A stretch of 59,012 nucleotides of DNA from a virus (IMGVR_UViG_3300048999_000041:1-59012), one strand, 5' to 3'. Positions 36,972 through 46,742 are shown, counted from the first letter of the stretch. Translations and numbers: made by a program. Notes: generated by a model not told the origin, from the sequence alone.

Positions 36972-37199
36972 ATGGCTAAAAGAAATACAGCGGAATTTCT
37001 TCGCCTAATGAATGAAGCCAATAATGCTATCGCAGCACGAGCGGCTCAACCTGTGAAAAATCTAAGAGGCGATCCGGTACGCATCCAACGAGACGCCGAA
37101 CGGCGAGAAAAGGCCGGAGGCCCGCTTAGAGCTCGTGAGCACACAAGAAGTCGGCCGGTAACGGCTCGACACGCCTTTGGACGACCGCAGATGTACTAA
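36972..37199 (+). CDS. Small basic hypothetical protein
   Basis: AAGGAG RBS, 75 aa. Confidence 0.65.
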   Translation: MAKRNTAEFLRLMNEANNAIAARAAQPVKNLRGDPVRIQRDAERREKAGGPLRAREHTRSRPVTARHAFGRPQMY

Positions 37200-37214
37200 A
37201 CAGAAAGGAGGATA

Positions 37215-40200
37215 ATGGACTTCTATCAGATCCGAGTGCACGAGACAAAAGAAGGGCCGCTGGAGCTATATCCCGACTTTATCGTCGGGCGTTCTGAGGA
37301 TCTGATGGTCCAAGGTCGTACTTTCTATGCTATTTGGGACGAAGAGAAGAAATTATGGTCGCAAGATGAGTATGATGTACAGCGACTGGTTGATGAAGAT
37401 CTGCGCCAGGAGGCGAATCGACTACATAAGGAGACTGGACAGAAGTACACTATACGTTCTATGCGCTCATTCGGTTCAAACTCCTGGACGCAGTTTCGTA
37501 AGTTCGTTGCTCATATTTCCGATAATAGTCATCCGCTAGATTCCAAGCTGGTCTTTGCTAACGCCGAGATAAAAAAGGAAGACTATGCCTCAAAACAACT
37601 CCCCTACGCACTGTCTGAGGGGGCCACGCCAGCTTGGGATGAGCTCCTCGCAACTCTCTATGCTCCGGAAGAGCGCGCAAAGATTGAGTGGGCTATTGGC
37701 TCGATTGTTTCGGGGGATAGTAAACGCATTCAGAAATTTCTCGTCTTCTATGGCCCGGCTGGTACTGGTAAGTCGACGATTCTCGGAATTATCGAGAAAC
37801 TCTTCGAAGGATATACCACGACATTCGATGGCAAGGCGTTGGGTAACTCCAATTCGTCATTTGCCACCGAAGCGTTTAAACATCACCCCCTTGTCGCGAT
37901 CCAGCACGATGGGGATCTTTCGCGGATCGAGGATAATACACGCCTGAACTCCATCATCTCACACGAGACGATGACTATGAACGAGAAGTACAAGCCATCA
38001 TATTCAGCAAGAGTTGACGCCATGCTGTTCATGGGCTCCAATCAGCCGGTAAAGATCTCTGATGCAAAATCGGGAATCATCCGACGTCTGATGGACGTGC
38101 ATCCGACAGGTATCAAGATTCCAGCCAAGCACTATCAGACTCTCATGACGCAAATCGGCTTTGAACTCGGTGCCATAGCGCACCGTTGTCTCTCTGTATA
38201 TTTGTCTATGGGTAAGAATTACTACGACGCATATCGTCCGTTGGAGATGATGTTGCAGACCGACGTCTTCTTTAACTTCATCGAAGCACATTTTGATGTG
38301 TTCAAGTCACAAGATCATACCACGCTAAAGCAAGCGTATATCTTGTATAAGGAATATTGCTCGGACAGCGGAATCGAGAGACCTATGCCGCAATACAAAA
38401 TGCGAGAGGAGTTGCGAAACTACTTTGATGAGTTTCACGATCGAGGTGAACTCGACGGCCAACCAGTACGAAGCCTTTACTCCGGGTTTAACGCCAATAA
38501 GTTCAAAGCGCCCAAAGACGATCCGGCGACATTTTCGTTAGTGCTTGAAGAAAAGACCTCTCTTCTTGATGAGTTTTTAGCTGACTACAAAGCACAGTTG
38601 GCTTTGACCAAAGATACCGAGTACCAAAAGGCCGGAGATCCGGAGAGAAAATGGGCTAATGTAAAAACCAAGCTATCAGATATTGATACGCGAAAAATTC
38701 ACTGGGTTAAAGTTCCTGAAAATCACGTGGTGATCGATTTCGATCTGAAGGACAGTAATGGAACCAAAGCTCTCGAGCGAAATCTCGAAGCGGCCAGTCA
38801 GTGGCCACCCACTTACGCTGAGTTGTCAAAATCAGGTTCTGGCGTACATCTTCATTTTAGCTACACCGGAGACCCCGATGAGCTTGCGTCTCAATACGCT
38901 GAAGGCATTGAAGTTAAAGTGTATCGAGGGGAAGCTGCCTTGCGCCGTCGTGTGTCCAGATGTAACGCGGTGCCTATTGCGGAGATATCTACCGGACTCC
39001 CAGTAAAGCCTAGAAAGGACAAGATGCTCAAGGAGAAAACTATCAAGAGCGAACACGGGTTGCGGGAACTGATAAAGAAGAATCTGCGTAAGGAGATTCA
39101 TCCAGGCACCAAATCTTCGGTGGACTTTATCAAGCATATTCTTGATGAAGCGCACGAGTCGGGAATGAAATACGACGTCAGCGATATGCGTAACACGATT
39201 GTCGCGTTCGCCAACAACTCTACTAACCAGGCCACTCAGGCCCTGAAAACGGTTATGAACATGAAGTGGGCGTCTGATGAGCCGGATTCAGAAGGTTCTG
39301 GAGTCAGTGAGCCCGTAGTGGAAGTGGCTGACGATCGACTTGTCTTCTTCGATGTCGAGGTATATTCTAATCTGTTTGTTATTTGTTGGAAGTTTCTTGG
39401 CTCCGAAGAAGTAGTCAAGATGATTAACCCAAAACCTCACGAAGTGGCCGAGCTATTTAAATTGAAGTTAGTGGGCTTCTATAATCGACGATATGACAAT
39501 CATATTCTATATGCGGCGGCTATGGGGGCAACCAACGAAGAGCTCTTTCGTTTAAGCAGTAAGATCATTGAAGGCAATCGCTCGGCTACCTTCGGAGCGG
39601 CGTATAACTTGTCTTACGCCGATATTTGGGATTTCTCTTCGGTTAAGCAGAGTCTGAAGAAGTTCGAGCTTGACCTGGGAATACTTCATATGGAGTTAGA
39701 TATTCCCTGGGATCAGGCGGTGGACGAAAGCGATTGGCAGCGAGTGGTTGATTATTGTGTCAATGACGTTAAGGCAACTGAGAAAGTCTTCGAAGATAGA
39801 AAAGCAGATTTCGTAGCTCGACAGATCTTAGCCGAGTTATCCGGTCTTACGGTAAATGATACCACACAGAATCACACCGCGCGAATCATATTTGGCAACG
39901 ACAAACAAGCCTCTAAGAAGTTTATCTACACCGATCTTAGCGAAGAATTCCCCGGGTATGAATTTAAGCTTGGCAAGAGTTATTACCGCGGAGAAGAGCC
40001 TGGCGAAGGGGGCTATGTCTACGCTGAACCGGGAATGTATGAAAACGTCGCAGTATTAGACGTTGCCTCCATGCATCCCAACAGTATTATCGCCTTAAAT
40101 GCGTTCGGCCCGTATACTCAGAAGTTTGAAGACCTTATTAAAGCTCGTATTGCAATTAAGCGTAAAGATTTTGATGCTGCCGCCAACATGTTGGACGGTA

Positions 40201-41057
40201 AGCTCACTTCGTTTATTACTCTCCCCCACGAAGGCTGGGATGTCGAGGGAGCGGAGAAGCTTGCCTACGCGCTTAAGATCGTGATCAATATTGTCTATGG
40301 TCTCACTTCAGCTAAATTTAATAATCCTTTCCGAGATATTCGCAACATCGATAATATTGTCGCCAAGCGTGGCGCTCTGTTCATGATCGATCTCAAGCAC
40401 GCTCTGCAGGACAAGGGCGTCCAGGTCGTGCATATCAAGACCGACTCGGTGAAGATTCCCAACGCAACACCGGAGATCATCGAGTTTGTCACGGAATTCG
40501 GTAAGAAGTACAGTTACGACTTCGAACACGAGGCAACATATAACAAATTCTGTCTGGTCAACGATGCGGTTTACGTGGCCGGTATGGAGACCGTGCCTTG
40601 GGACGATCCTTCGGTTCCCTTCCCGGGATATTCTTGGACAGCGGTTGGTGCTCAGTTTCAGCATCCCTATGTGTTCAAGGCTCTGTTCTCTCACGAGGAA
40701 ACGGAGTTCAAGGATTTCTGTGAAGGTCGGTCGGTGGTCAAGGGCGCCATGTATCTAGACTTTAGCGAAGAAGTCAATGGTATGGAGCCCGATATTTCCA
40801 AGATGCGTCACGTGGGTAAGACCGGACTTTTCGTTCCAGTGTTAGAGGGTGGAGCAAAGCTCTATCGGTATAATGAAGAGAAATACTATGCTGTGTCAGG
40901 TACTAAGGGACATCTCTGGATGGAGGCAGCGGTTGCCGAGAACAAGGATGATCTGCAGATTGACATGACATATTTCGAGAAGTTAAAGAAAGCAGCAATC
41001 GAGGCAATCCAAAAGTTTGGTGCGTTTGACGATCTTATAAAACCCAAGGAAAGGTAA
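37215..41057 (+). CDS. Fused SF3 helicase - primase - family B-like DNA polymerase
   Basis: Walker A GPAGTGKST; primase VIDFD...SKSGSGVHLH; ExoI FFDVEVY, ExoII YNRRYD, ExoIII YCVNDV; Pol motifs DVASMHP, KIVINIVYG, KTDS. Confidence 0.9.
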   Translation: MDFYQIRVHETKEGPLELYPDFIVGRSEDLMVQGRTFYAIWDEEKKLWSQDEYDVQRLVDEDLRQEANRLHKETGQKYTIRSMRSFGSNSWTQFRKFVAHISDNSHPLDSKLVFANAEIKKEDYASKQLPYALSEGATPAWDELLATLYAPEERAKIEWAIGSIVSGDSKRIQKFLVFYGPAGTGKSTILGIIEKLFEGYTTTFDGKALGNSNSSFATEAFKHHPLVAIQHDGDLSRIEDNTRLNSIISHETMTMNEKYKPSYSARVDAMLFMGSNQPVKISDAKSGIIRRLMDVHPTGIKIPAKHYQTLMTQIGFELGAIAHRCLSVYLSMGKNYYDAYRPLEMMLQTDVFFNFIEAHFDVFKSQDHTTLKQAYILYKEYCSDSGIERPMPQYKMREELRNYFDEFHDRGELDGQPVRSLYSGFNANKFKAPKDDPATFSLVLEEKTSLLDEFLADYKAQLALTKDTEYQKAGDPERKWANVKTKLSDIDTRKIHWVKVPENHVVIDFDLKDSNGTKALERNLEAASQWPPTYAELSKSGSGVHLHFSYTGDPDELASQYAEGIEVKVYRGEAALRRRVSRCNAVPIAEISTGLPVKPRKDKMLKEKTIKSEHGLRELIKKNLRKEIHPGTKSSVDFIKHILDEAHESGMKYDVSDMRNTIVAFANNSTNQATQALKTVMNMKWASDEPDSEGSGVSEPVVEVADDRLVFFDVEVYSNLFVICWKFLGSEEVVKMINPKPHEVAELFKLKLVGFYNRRYDNHILYAAAMGATNEELFRLSSKIIEGNRSATFGAAYNLSYADIWDFSSVKQSLKKFELDLGILHMELDIPWDQAVDESDWQRVVDYCVNDVKATEKVFEDRKADFVARQILAELSGLTVNDTTQNHTARIIFGNDKQASKKFIYTDLSEEFPGYEFKLGKSYYRGEEPGEGGYVYAEPGMYENVAVLDVASMHPNSIIALNAFGPYTQKFEDLIKARIAIKRKDFDAAANMLDGKLTSFITLPHEGWDVEGAEKLAYALKIVINIVYGLTSAKFNNPFRDIRNIDNIVAKRGALFMIDLKHALQDKGVQVVHIKTDSVKIPNATPEIIEFVTEFGKKYSYDFEHEATYNKFCLVNDAVYVAGMETVPWDDPSVPFPGYSWTAVGAQFQHPYVFKALFSHEETEFKDFCEGRSVVKGAMYLDFSEEVNGMEPDISKMRHVGKTGLFVPVLEGGAKLYRYNEEKYYAVSGTKGHLWMEAAVAENKDDLQIDMTYFEKLKKAAIEAIQKFGAFDDLIKPKER

Positions 41058-41179
41058 AGACGTGGGAATCGTTAATATCGATATTCTCATGAATGACGAT
41101 GCTGGAGAAGCGGCGCTTAGAGCGCAAGCGGCGCGAGAGGCTAAGCTTATTCTAGCACACCGTCAAGGACAGCATCCTT

Positions 41180-41485
41180 ATGGGTCTATGCGTCGAGACT
41201 GCCCATTATGTCAGGAGCGAGATGGCCGGTAGTTACAACCACATCATTACCAAAGAAGGTAATCTCGTAAGTAACGAGCGCTTCGTTAATTTTATCGAGA
41301 ATCTCGGAGACGCATACGAGATGGCCGAACAGATGTATGGAATGATCTGGTTTCTGGCCCATATGGGCCCTGAGCCACCGACTACAAGTCCCGAAAATTT
41401 GGTTGAGACAGCTCGCCTACACTACGAAGATGGATTAGTGCTTGCTAAAGCAAATAAAAACAAAGCAAAACATCACGAACGTTAG
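41180..41485 (+). CDS. Hypothetical protein (start uncertain)
   Basis: ORF track; plausible coding 3' half. Confidence 0.45.
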   Translation: MGLCVETAHYVRSEMAGSYNHIITKEGNLVSNERFVNFIENLGDAYEMAEQMYGMIWFLAHMGPEPPTTSPENLVETARLHYEDGLVLAKANKNKAKHHER

Positions 41486-41494
41486 TTCTGCTAA

Positions 41495-41734
41495 ATGAAA
41501 AAGAATAAAAACACTGACTACAAAATTTCGTTCCGGCAGAGCAGAATAATAGGCACGTGGTCTTATATCATCAAGACCCCAGACGGTCGAAGGCTTTATC
41601 CCGTTATTATGGGTACCTTCGCTATGAAGGAATCAGCGGAGAGAGACGCCCTGCGAAGAATAAATCTCGATCGAGCGACATACGAGATGACGGGGACCGA
41701 GCTTGCAACCAAGTACAACAAACAGGAGAGCTAA
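41495..41734 (+). CDS. Hypothetical protein
   Basis: 79 aa; stop overlaps SSB start. Confidence 0.55.
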   Translation: MKKNKNTDYKISFRQSRIIGTWSYIIKTPDGRRLYPVIMGTFAMKESAERDALRRINLDRATYEMTGTELATKYNKQES

Positions 41735-42210
41735 TGGCGTCACCAGACCCAAAGCAGTCCGTCCTCATGGAGGGCGTCCGTATCATCTTCCGCAACTTTG
41801 CGGGTAAGGAGGGTAAGTACAACCGAGAAGGCGATCGCAACTTCGGCGTGATTCTGCCACCGGATATTGCTGAGGCTATGTTGGCGGATGGCTGGGCAGT
41901 GAAGTATCTGCAGCCCAGAGAGGACGACGAAGAGCCTCAGGAGACGCCATGGCTGCCGGTTTCGGCAGCCTTTGACAAGGGGCGTCCGCCACAGGTTGTG
42001 TTGATCACTTCTCGTGGTCGGACTAACCTGGATGCCGATACGGTCGAGACGCTTGACTGGGCCGATATCACCAATGTCGACCTGATGGTGCGTCCATATT
42101 TCTGGGACGTTAACGGTAAGACCGGAATCAAGGCCTACCTGCAGTCCATGTACGTCACTATCGAAGAGGATGCGTTGGCGCAGAAGTATGCGGAGATGGA
42201 CTCGCAGTGA
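41734..42210 (+). CDS. Single-stranded DNA-binding protein
   Basis: ATG 41734 after AGGAG; RIIFRNFAG..GKYNREGDRNF...GIKAYLQSMYVTIEED; downstream of polymerase. Confidence 0.8.
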   Translation: MASPDPKQSVLMEGVRIIFRNFAGKEGKYNREGDRNFGVILPPDIAEAMLADGWAVKYLQPREDDEEPQETPWLPVSAAFDKGRPPQVVLITSRGRTNLDADTVETLDWADITNVDLMVRPYFWDVNGKTGIKAYLQSMYVTIEEDALAQKYAEMDSQ

Positions 42211-42452
42211 CCCATACCTATGCGAGTGTCAATCAGACGACACGCGACATGGTCAAAAAAGACCTAGTTAGGGTATTGAGACAGCCGTCGGAAACAGATG
42301 CTTATTTTCTCCCGGAGGGTCATTATACAGTAATGACTTCAAACGGAGAAAGTAAATGTGAGGGTCCGGTGTGGATTCTTTGGGATACCTCTGGTTTTCC
42401 TTACCCTATTACGCCGGAGGAGTTCAAGAAGCTCTACATAATGAAGGACTAG
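42207..42452 (+). CDS. Hypothetical protein
   Basis: GTGA overlap; WIL...G.PYPITPEEFKKLY motif of a common small phage family. Confidence 0.6.
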   Translation: MTHTYASVNQTTRDMVKKDLVRVLRQPSETDAYFLPEGHYTVMTSNGESKCEGPVWILWDTSGFPYPITPEEFKKLYIMKD

Positions 42453-42502
42453 ACAACCCGTGACACCAATGTGGAACTACCAAACAGAAAGAACCAATAA
42501 TC

Positions 42503-43078
42503 GTGCTTATTGAGACAGAGAAGTATATTCGCAAGCCGCTTTATGTCAACGCTATTCGAGTCACCGAGGAGAACTTCGACTCTGTGTCGACTTGGTGTGA
42601 GGGCACGGTGGAGAAGGAGTCCGGAGGACCGAGGGAGGGAAAGCAGTTCATCAAGGTCAACGTTCACGGAGTGCCCAAGAGCCAGCGTCAGACGAAGGCG
42701 TTTGTTGGTGACTGGCTGCTCCATACCGAGCGGGGTTTCAAGGTCTACACCGATAATGCATTTCGTGCCTCGTTTGATTCCGTTCTCGATTCCGTTCCGG
42801 ATACGGTCGTTTCATCGCTTAATGACATTACCACCAAAGAGACCGATGGGCCGATCAACAACGGAACCGTCGGACATAAGCCGTTTACGCCCCCTGAGGG
42901 GGTCGAGGCAACGATCGAGCGTGCTCCAGTGGTGTCGGACAGTGCCAGCGCTCCGCCTCCGAGCACAGAAGACGGACGTCGCATTCTCACAGAGGTCGAG
43001 CAGCGAGAGATGGATTCGGCGGAGGTCGCCGAATTACTACGTTCGGGGCAGGCGATTCTCGCTCAGGATCTGGTGTAA
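42503..43078 (+). CDS. Conserved protein with C-terminal MDSxE module
   Basis: YIRKP..V.AIRVT..N...WC.G, AFVGDWLL...GFKVYT..AF..SF domain, linker, C-terminal motif shared with 30981. Confidence 0.75.
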   Translation: MLIETEKYIRKPLYVNAIRVTEENFDSVSTWCEGTVEKESGGPREGKQFIKVNVHGVPKSQRQTKAFVGDWLLHTERGFKVYTDNAFRASFDSVLDSVPDTVVSSLNDITTKETDGPINNGTVGHKPFTPPEGVEATIERAPVVSDSASAPPPSTEDGRRILTEVEQREMDSAEVAELLRSGQAILAQDLV

Positions 43079-43420
43079 ATGAGTGGCGTCCTGGAAACGA
43101 AAGTAGAAAATCACGTTCCAGATCGTTCACTTGCGCAGCGTATGGATGCGTTAGAACGAGCAAATGATATTCGTATCTACCGAGCACAATTAAAGCGAGA
43201 TATCAAGGCGGGGCGTAAGCAGATTGTTCATCTTTTAGAGAACCCTCCTGAAAAGATCGAATCGATGAAAGTATTTGATCTTCTTCTCACCGTTCCAAAA
43301 TTGGGACGTATAAAGGTTGACAAAATGATTAAGGTTTGTCGAATGTCTCCGTCGAAAACCGTCGGCGGGCTGAGTGATAGGCAACGAAACGAGCTTGTCG
43401 ACTTTCTTCGTCGACGTTAG
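43079..43420 (+). CDS. mihF: Actinobacterial integration host factor (mIHF/sIHF, H2TH fold)
   Basis: QRMDALERAN..R..RAQLKRDIKAG, MKVFDLLLTVPKLGRIK, TVGGLSDRQRNEL. Confidence 0.85.
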   Translation: MSGVLETKVENHVPDRSLAQRMDALERANDIRIYRAQLKRDIKAGRKQIVHLLENPPEKIESMKVFDLLLTVPKLGRIKVDKMIKVCRMSPSKTVGGLSDRQRNELVDFLRRR

Positions 43421-43426
43421 TCATAT

Positions 43427-43494
43427 TTAGGTTACGGAGGCAATACTAGGACCACACCGTTATAAAAGGGGTATTGGCCAATTCCCTTAACCTA
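43427..43494 (+). ncRNA. Structured RNA module upstream of copy B
   Basis: TAGGTTA/TAACCTA closing stem, CAATACT/GGTATTG inner stem; flanked by CATATTT and TATATTT. Confidence 0.45.
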
Positions 43495-43500
43495 TATTTC

Positions 43501-43845
43501 TTGGCGGATCACGCCCGTCGCCGTAAGTCCCAGCAACGAAACCGCTTGCGGTTAGTAACTGGGTAAGTCGGCAACCGGTCTGAGTTAGTCGCAGGCTGAA
43601 GGGTGGACCATTAGGCGCGTTGCGTCGTCCATTCATAAACCCCGGTTCGTGACCGGGTACCTACGGAGATCGACTCCCGTAGGTCAATTGGCTTATATGC
43701 AAGGGGTTGACTTGTGCCTCTTAAAGGAATCCTGTACATAGCTGAGAACAGAGTAAAGACAAGCAGCGTTAGCATACGCAGAAGTACGGTGGTGGGGTCT
43801 CCACGGGGGTCTGGGCTTAATCGCCTGGGCCCCCGTGCCTTACTT
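43501..43845 (+). ncRNA. Shorter paralog of the large ncRNA (copy B)
   Basis: Shares CACGCCC.TCGCCGTAAGTCC, TCGGCAA, TCTGAGTTAGTCGCAG, GTGACC, GGTACCT, GATCGACTCC with 31751 and compensatory stem changes; ends in a 15-bp GC hairpin (43802/43823). Confidence 0.7.
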
Positions 43846-43875
43846 CTAATAACAATATCGAAAGGCTTGCATAGC

Positions 43876-44259
43876 ATGTCCGAGTTAACTTTACCAGTTG
43901 ATATCAAATCCCCCTCAGGAAACGTGGTTGCCCGTTTGGAGATGGGCGCAGCAGAGGGCTCAGAATACGTCACTTTACGAATCTTTGATGGTGATATCAT
44001 CAATGTTCGAAATGTGCAGGGAGGTACGACTGATAACCCCAATCTCGATCTAGGCGCTGGTGACTCAGGGGCTCATCGCGGATCGGTTGTTGTCAATTGG
44101 GATGTCGGTAATGAGTTTGCTGTGTTCAACGGTCGTAAAGTCCGAGCTTTTGATGTCAATCGAGATAACAAAGGCATTATCAACTCCCGACAGCCACATC
44201 GATTTTATCACGGCGCTCTTATACCCGACGGTAAGGGTGGTTGGAAGCGTTTAACCTAA
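43876..44259 (+). CDS. Hypothetical beta-rich protein
   Basis: ATG 43876 after GAAAGG; the upstream in-frame extension to 43714 overlaps the ncRNA. Confidence 0.65.
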   Translation: MSELTLPVDIKSPSGNVVARLEMGAAEGSEYVTLRIFDGDIINVRNVQGGTTDNPNLDLGAGDSGAHRGSVVVNWDVGNEFAVFNGRKVRAFDVNRDNKGIINSRQPHRFYHGALIPDGKGGWKRLT

Positions 44260-44580
44260 GAGACCAAGGAAAAATAATGACTGCGAAAGAACTGATCCAA
44301 TATTTACAAGGTGAGACCGAAGCGGAAGTACTTATCCACGATGACATAATCGACAAGGATGTACCGATCGGTCGGGTCGAGATGAAATATGGCCAGCCGA
44401 TTGTGCTGCATTTCGAAAACAATTAGAGTTAATGTCTAAACCACAGACCCTAGAAGATCTCAAGCGACGTGAATCGGCGTTGCTAAAAAAGCTGTCTGAT
44501 AGTTCATTAAAGCGGCAGGGTAAGCGCTATAACAAACGTGCTTTGGCACGAATTCGTAAACAAATTAAGGAGATGAGCCC

Positions 44581-45060
44581 GTGAAGAAGATATTACTGAT
44601 TATTATCGTATTGTCATTTATCTATACCTCTACAGCTTCAGCCGACTGGCGCTGGTCCTCTCCTCAGTTAAAGAAACAAACCGCGGTCTATCATTGCAGT
44701 ACGTTTAAGTGTATTCGTAAGACATATCTCTCGCAACGAAAGCGACTTAAGCATCGTATCTATAAGTACAATACTCGCCGATTGGTTGAGTGGAAGAAAT
44801 GGATTTCCGCTCCCATTGCGGACTGTACTTGGGCCGGGGAGTCATCACCCCCGGGGGATTATACTGGACAGTTTGCTTCATATCGGTACACTGTACTCAA
44901 TTCTCAAGGCTCAGACGCTCGAGGTAAGTATCAGATGATGCCGGATACATATAGTTCTTACGCCAAATACGGCGATTGGTCTCCGCTTGATCAAGAGATT
45001 GCTGGACATAAACTTTACGCAGACCAAGGAATATATCCTTGGAAATCTTGTACCGGATAA
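44581..45060 (+). CDS. Secreted Rpf-like / lytic transglycosylase
   Basis: Signal peptide ending ASA; AGES (candidate catalytic Glu), ARGKYQMMPDTY, SPLDQEIAG.KLY..QG..PW. Confidence 0.7.
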   Translation: MKKILLIIIVLSFIYTSTASADWRWSSPQLKKQTAVYHCSTFKCIRKTYLSQRKRLKHRIYKYNTRRLVEWKKWISAPIADCTWAGESSPPGDYTGQFASYRYTVLNSQGSDARGKYQMMPDTYSSYAKYGDWSPLDQEIAGHKLYADQGIYPWKSCTG

Positions 45061-45223
45061 GGAAATAGAATGACCTATTTGTATATTCTAGCAGGCATCT
45101 GGACGTTCCTTGCTATGAGCTGGTCGGTTGCCTTTCTGCAATCAGATGGCGAAGCAGGTAAACCGTCTAAGCTCGAGCGATTTATTCGTTCTAAGGAGGA
45201 GCTGGCCGCAGCGTATAAGAATC

Positions 45224-45643
45224 ATGAAAGCTGATTTCATCATCACCGTTCATGAGGCACGGAAGCCTTTGGCGGTGCGGGTCAAGGTCTATGACAATCC
45301 CGTAAATCTTCGACGCGCGATAGTACGTTATACCAACAAATTCAATACCCGAAAGAAACACAAAAGTAAACTCTCAGATTTCTCAGACGTTTTGGGCATT
45401 TGTCATCGATTTCATATGGAGAGCGATCCTGTCTGCGCCATTGTCAGAGTGTCGGAGCCTAATCTAGGTATAGGGCTCATATCGCACGAACTGACGCACG
45501 CCGCGGTGGAGATGTGGAACATTCACCATAAATTTGAGGACGTACCTTTAAACGACACGAACGACGAATGGTTTTGCTGGGTACTGGGTGAGTTGGTCCG
45601 CCAGACGACAGTTAAGTTCATTGAGAAGGGAATCTATACATGA
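45224..45643 (+). CDS. HExxH-motif protein (metallopeptidase-like)
   Basis: AAGGAGGAG upstream; ISHELTHAA...NDEWFCW. Confidence 0.6.
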   Translation: MKADFIITVHEARKPLAVRVKVYDNPVNLRRAIVRYTNKFNTRKKHKSKLSDFSDVLGICHRFHMESDPVCAIVRVSEPNLGIGLISHELTHAAVEMWNIHHKFEDVPLNDTNDEWFCWVLGELVRQTTVKFIEKGIYT

Positions 45644-46005
45644 AGGTCGTTCTCTTTATTCAAGTAATTACGTTTGTTGTTCTTGGCGTGTATTATTTGA
45701 CAGTAAATCAATGGCGGCTTGGGGTAGCTCAGTTGTTGTTAGCCGCGGTTCAAGCTGTTATCTATAGTGAGGGATTTTCTTAAGGAGAAATAATGCCGTG
45801 GTATCTCGTTAAGTTTTATGGAACATTTAAAGACGATAATCGAACAATCCTCGTAACCCACGAAGTTTGGGACAAAACCCAATCCACGCCGTTATGAAAC
45901 TAGACCAAAAATTACTTCTTCCCGATCCAGAAACCTCAAAACAGCTTTCAGAATTATCTTTGTCTGTTAAAGAATTTTAATTGGTGCCAGCCATAAAATA
46001 ACTTA

Positions 46006-46088
46006 GCCCGAGTGGCGGAATGGTAGACGTAGAGGACTTAAAATCCTTTGGTGGCAACACCGTGTGGGTTCGACTCCCACCTCGGGTA
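46006..46088 (+). tRNA. tRNA-Leu (TAA)
   Basis: GCCCGAG/CTCGGGT acceptor, GAGGA-CTTAAAA-TCCTT, long variable arm GGTG-GCAA-CACC, TTCGACT T-loop. Confidence 0.95.
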
Positions 46089-46269
46089 TTATAACGAAAT
46101 GGGAAATCAAACATGCATAGACATAGCTGGGTTGAGCAGACGGCTTGGCGGGGTACGTTTCGGAGCCGATTTATTTGCTCTCATTGTGGTAAAGTGAAAT
46201 GGAAACGATTTGGGTGGGGAATAATATGGCGAATAAGATAAGCTTCCTCAACAACAAGGAGATCTAAGA

Positions 46270-46554
46270 GTGAGTCTGTCCGAACAATCGCGCAAAGATG
46301 CCCGGAAGTGGATTGAACGGCAACTTGTTAACGGCACGCGCGTTCACGAGCTGCACGAATTGATTGACAATACTATGCAGTCTGTTTTTAACCGCGTCAA
46401 TTCGGAAGAGAGGATCGAGCGAAATAGAGCCAACCAACTCGAGTTTGAGAGAGACTTGATCGCTGCGGAGTTACACGAGCTTCGTTCGGGCGTCGCTCGA
46501 TTACAGGAGGTCGGTTTGCTTCCTCAGCCTAACTCGGGTATAACGCAACACTAG
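46270..46554 (+). CDS. Hypothetical coiled-coil protein
   Basis: AAGGAG RBS, GTG start. Confidence 0.65.
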   Translation: MSLSEQSRKDARKWIERQLVNGTRVHELHELIDNTMQSVFNRVNSEERIERNRANQLEFERDLIAAELHELRSGVARLQEVGLLPQPNSGITQH

Positions 46555-46742
46555 GGAACTTATGGATTCTTTAGAAGCAACGACACTAGCTCAAGGTCAC
46601 GCCTCGCGTGCTGAAAAACATCTAATAGAGGTTCAACTTAGTGGAAGTAATCGAGAAGCAAATCTCGGAAAGATCCATGCTCTTCTTGCTATTTATTACC
46701 AACAAGTAGCTATCAAATCAAATCCACCTAGGAGAATTTAAA

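Noticed and set aside
43714-43875. N-terminal extension of ORF 43714..44259
   Set aside because: Overlaps the structured RNA and lacks an RBS; ATG 43876 has one.
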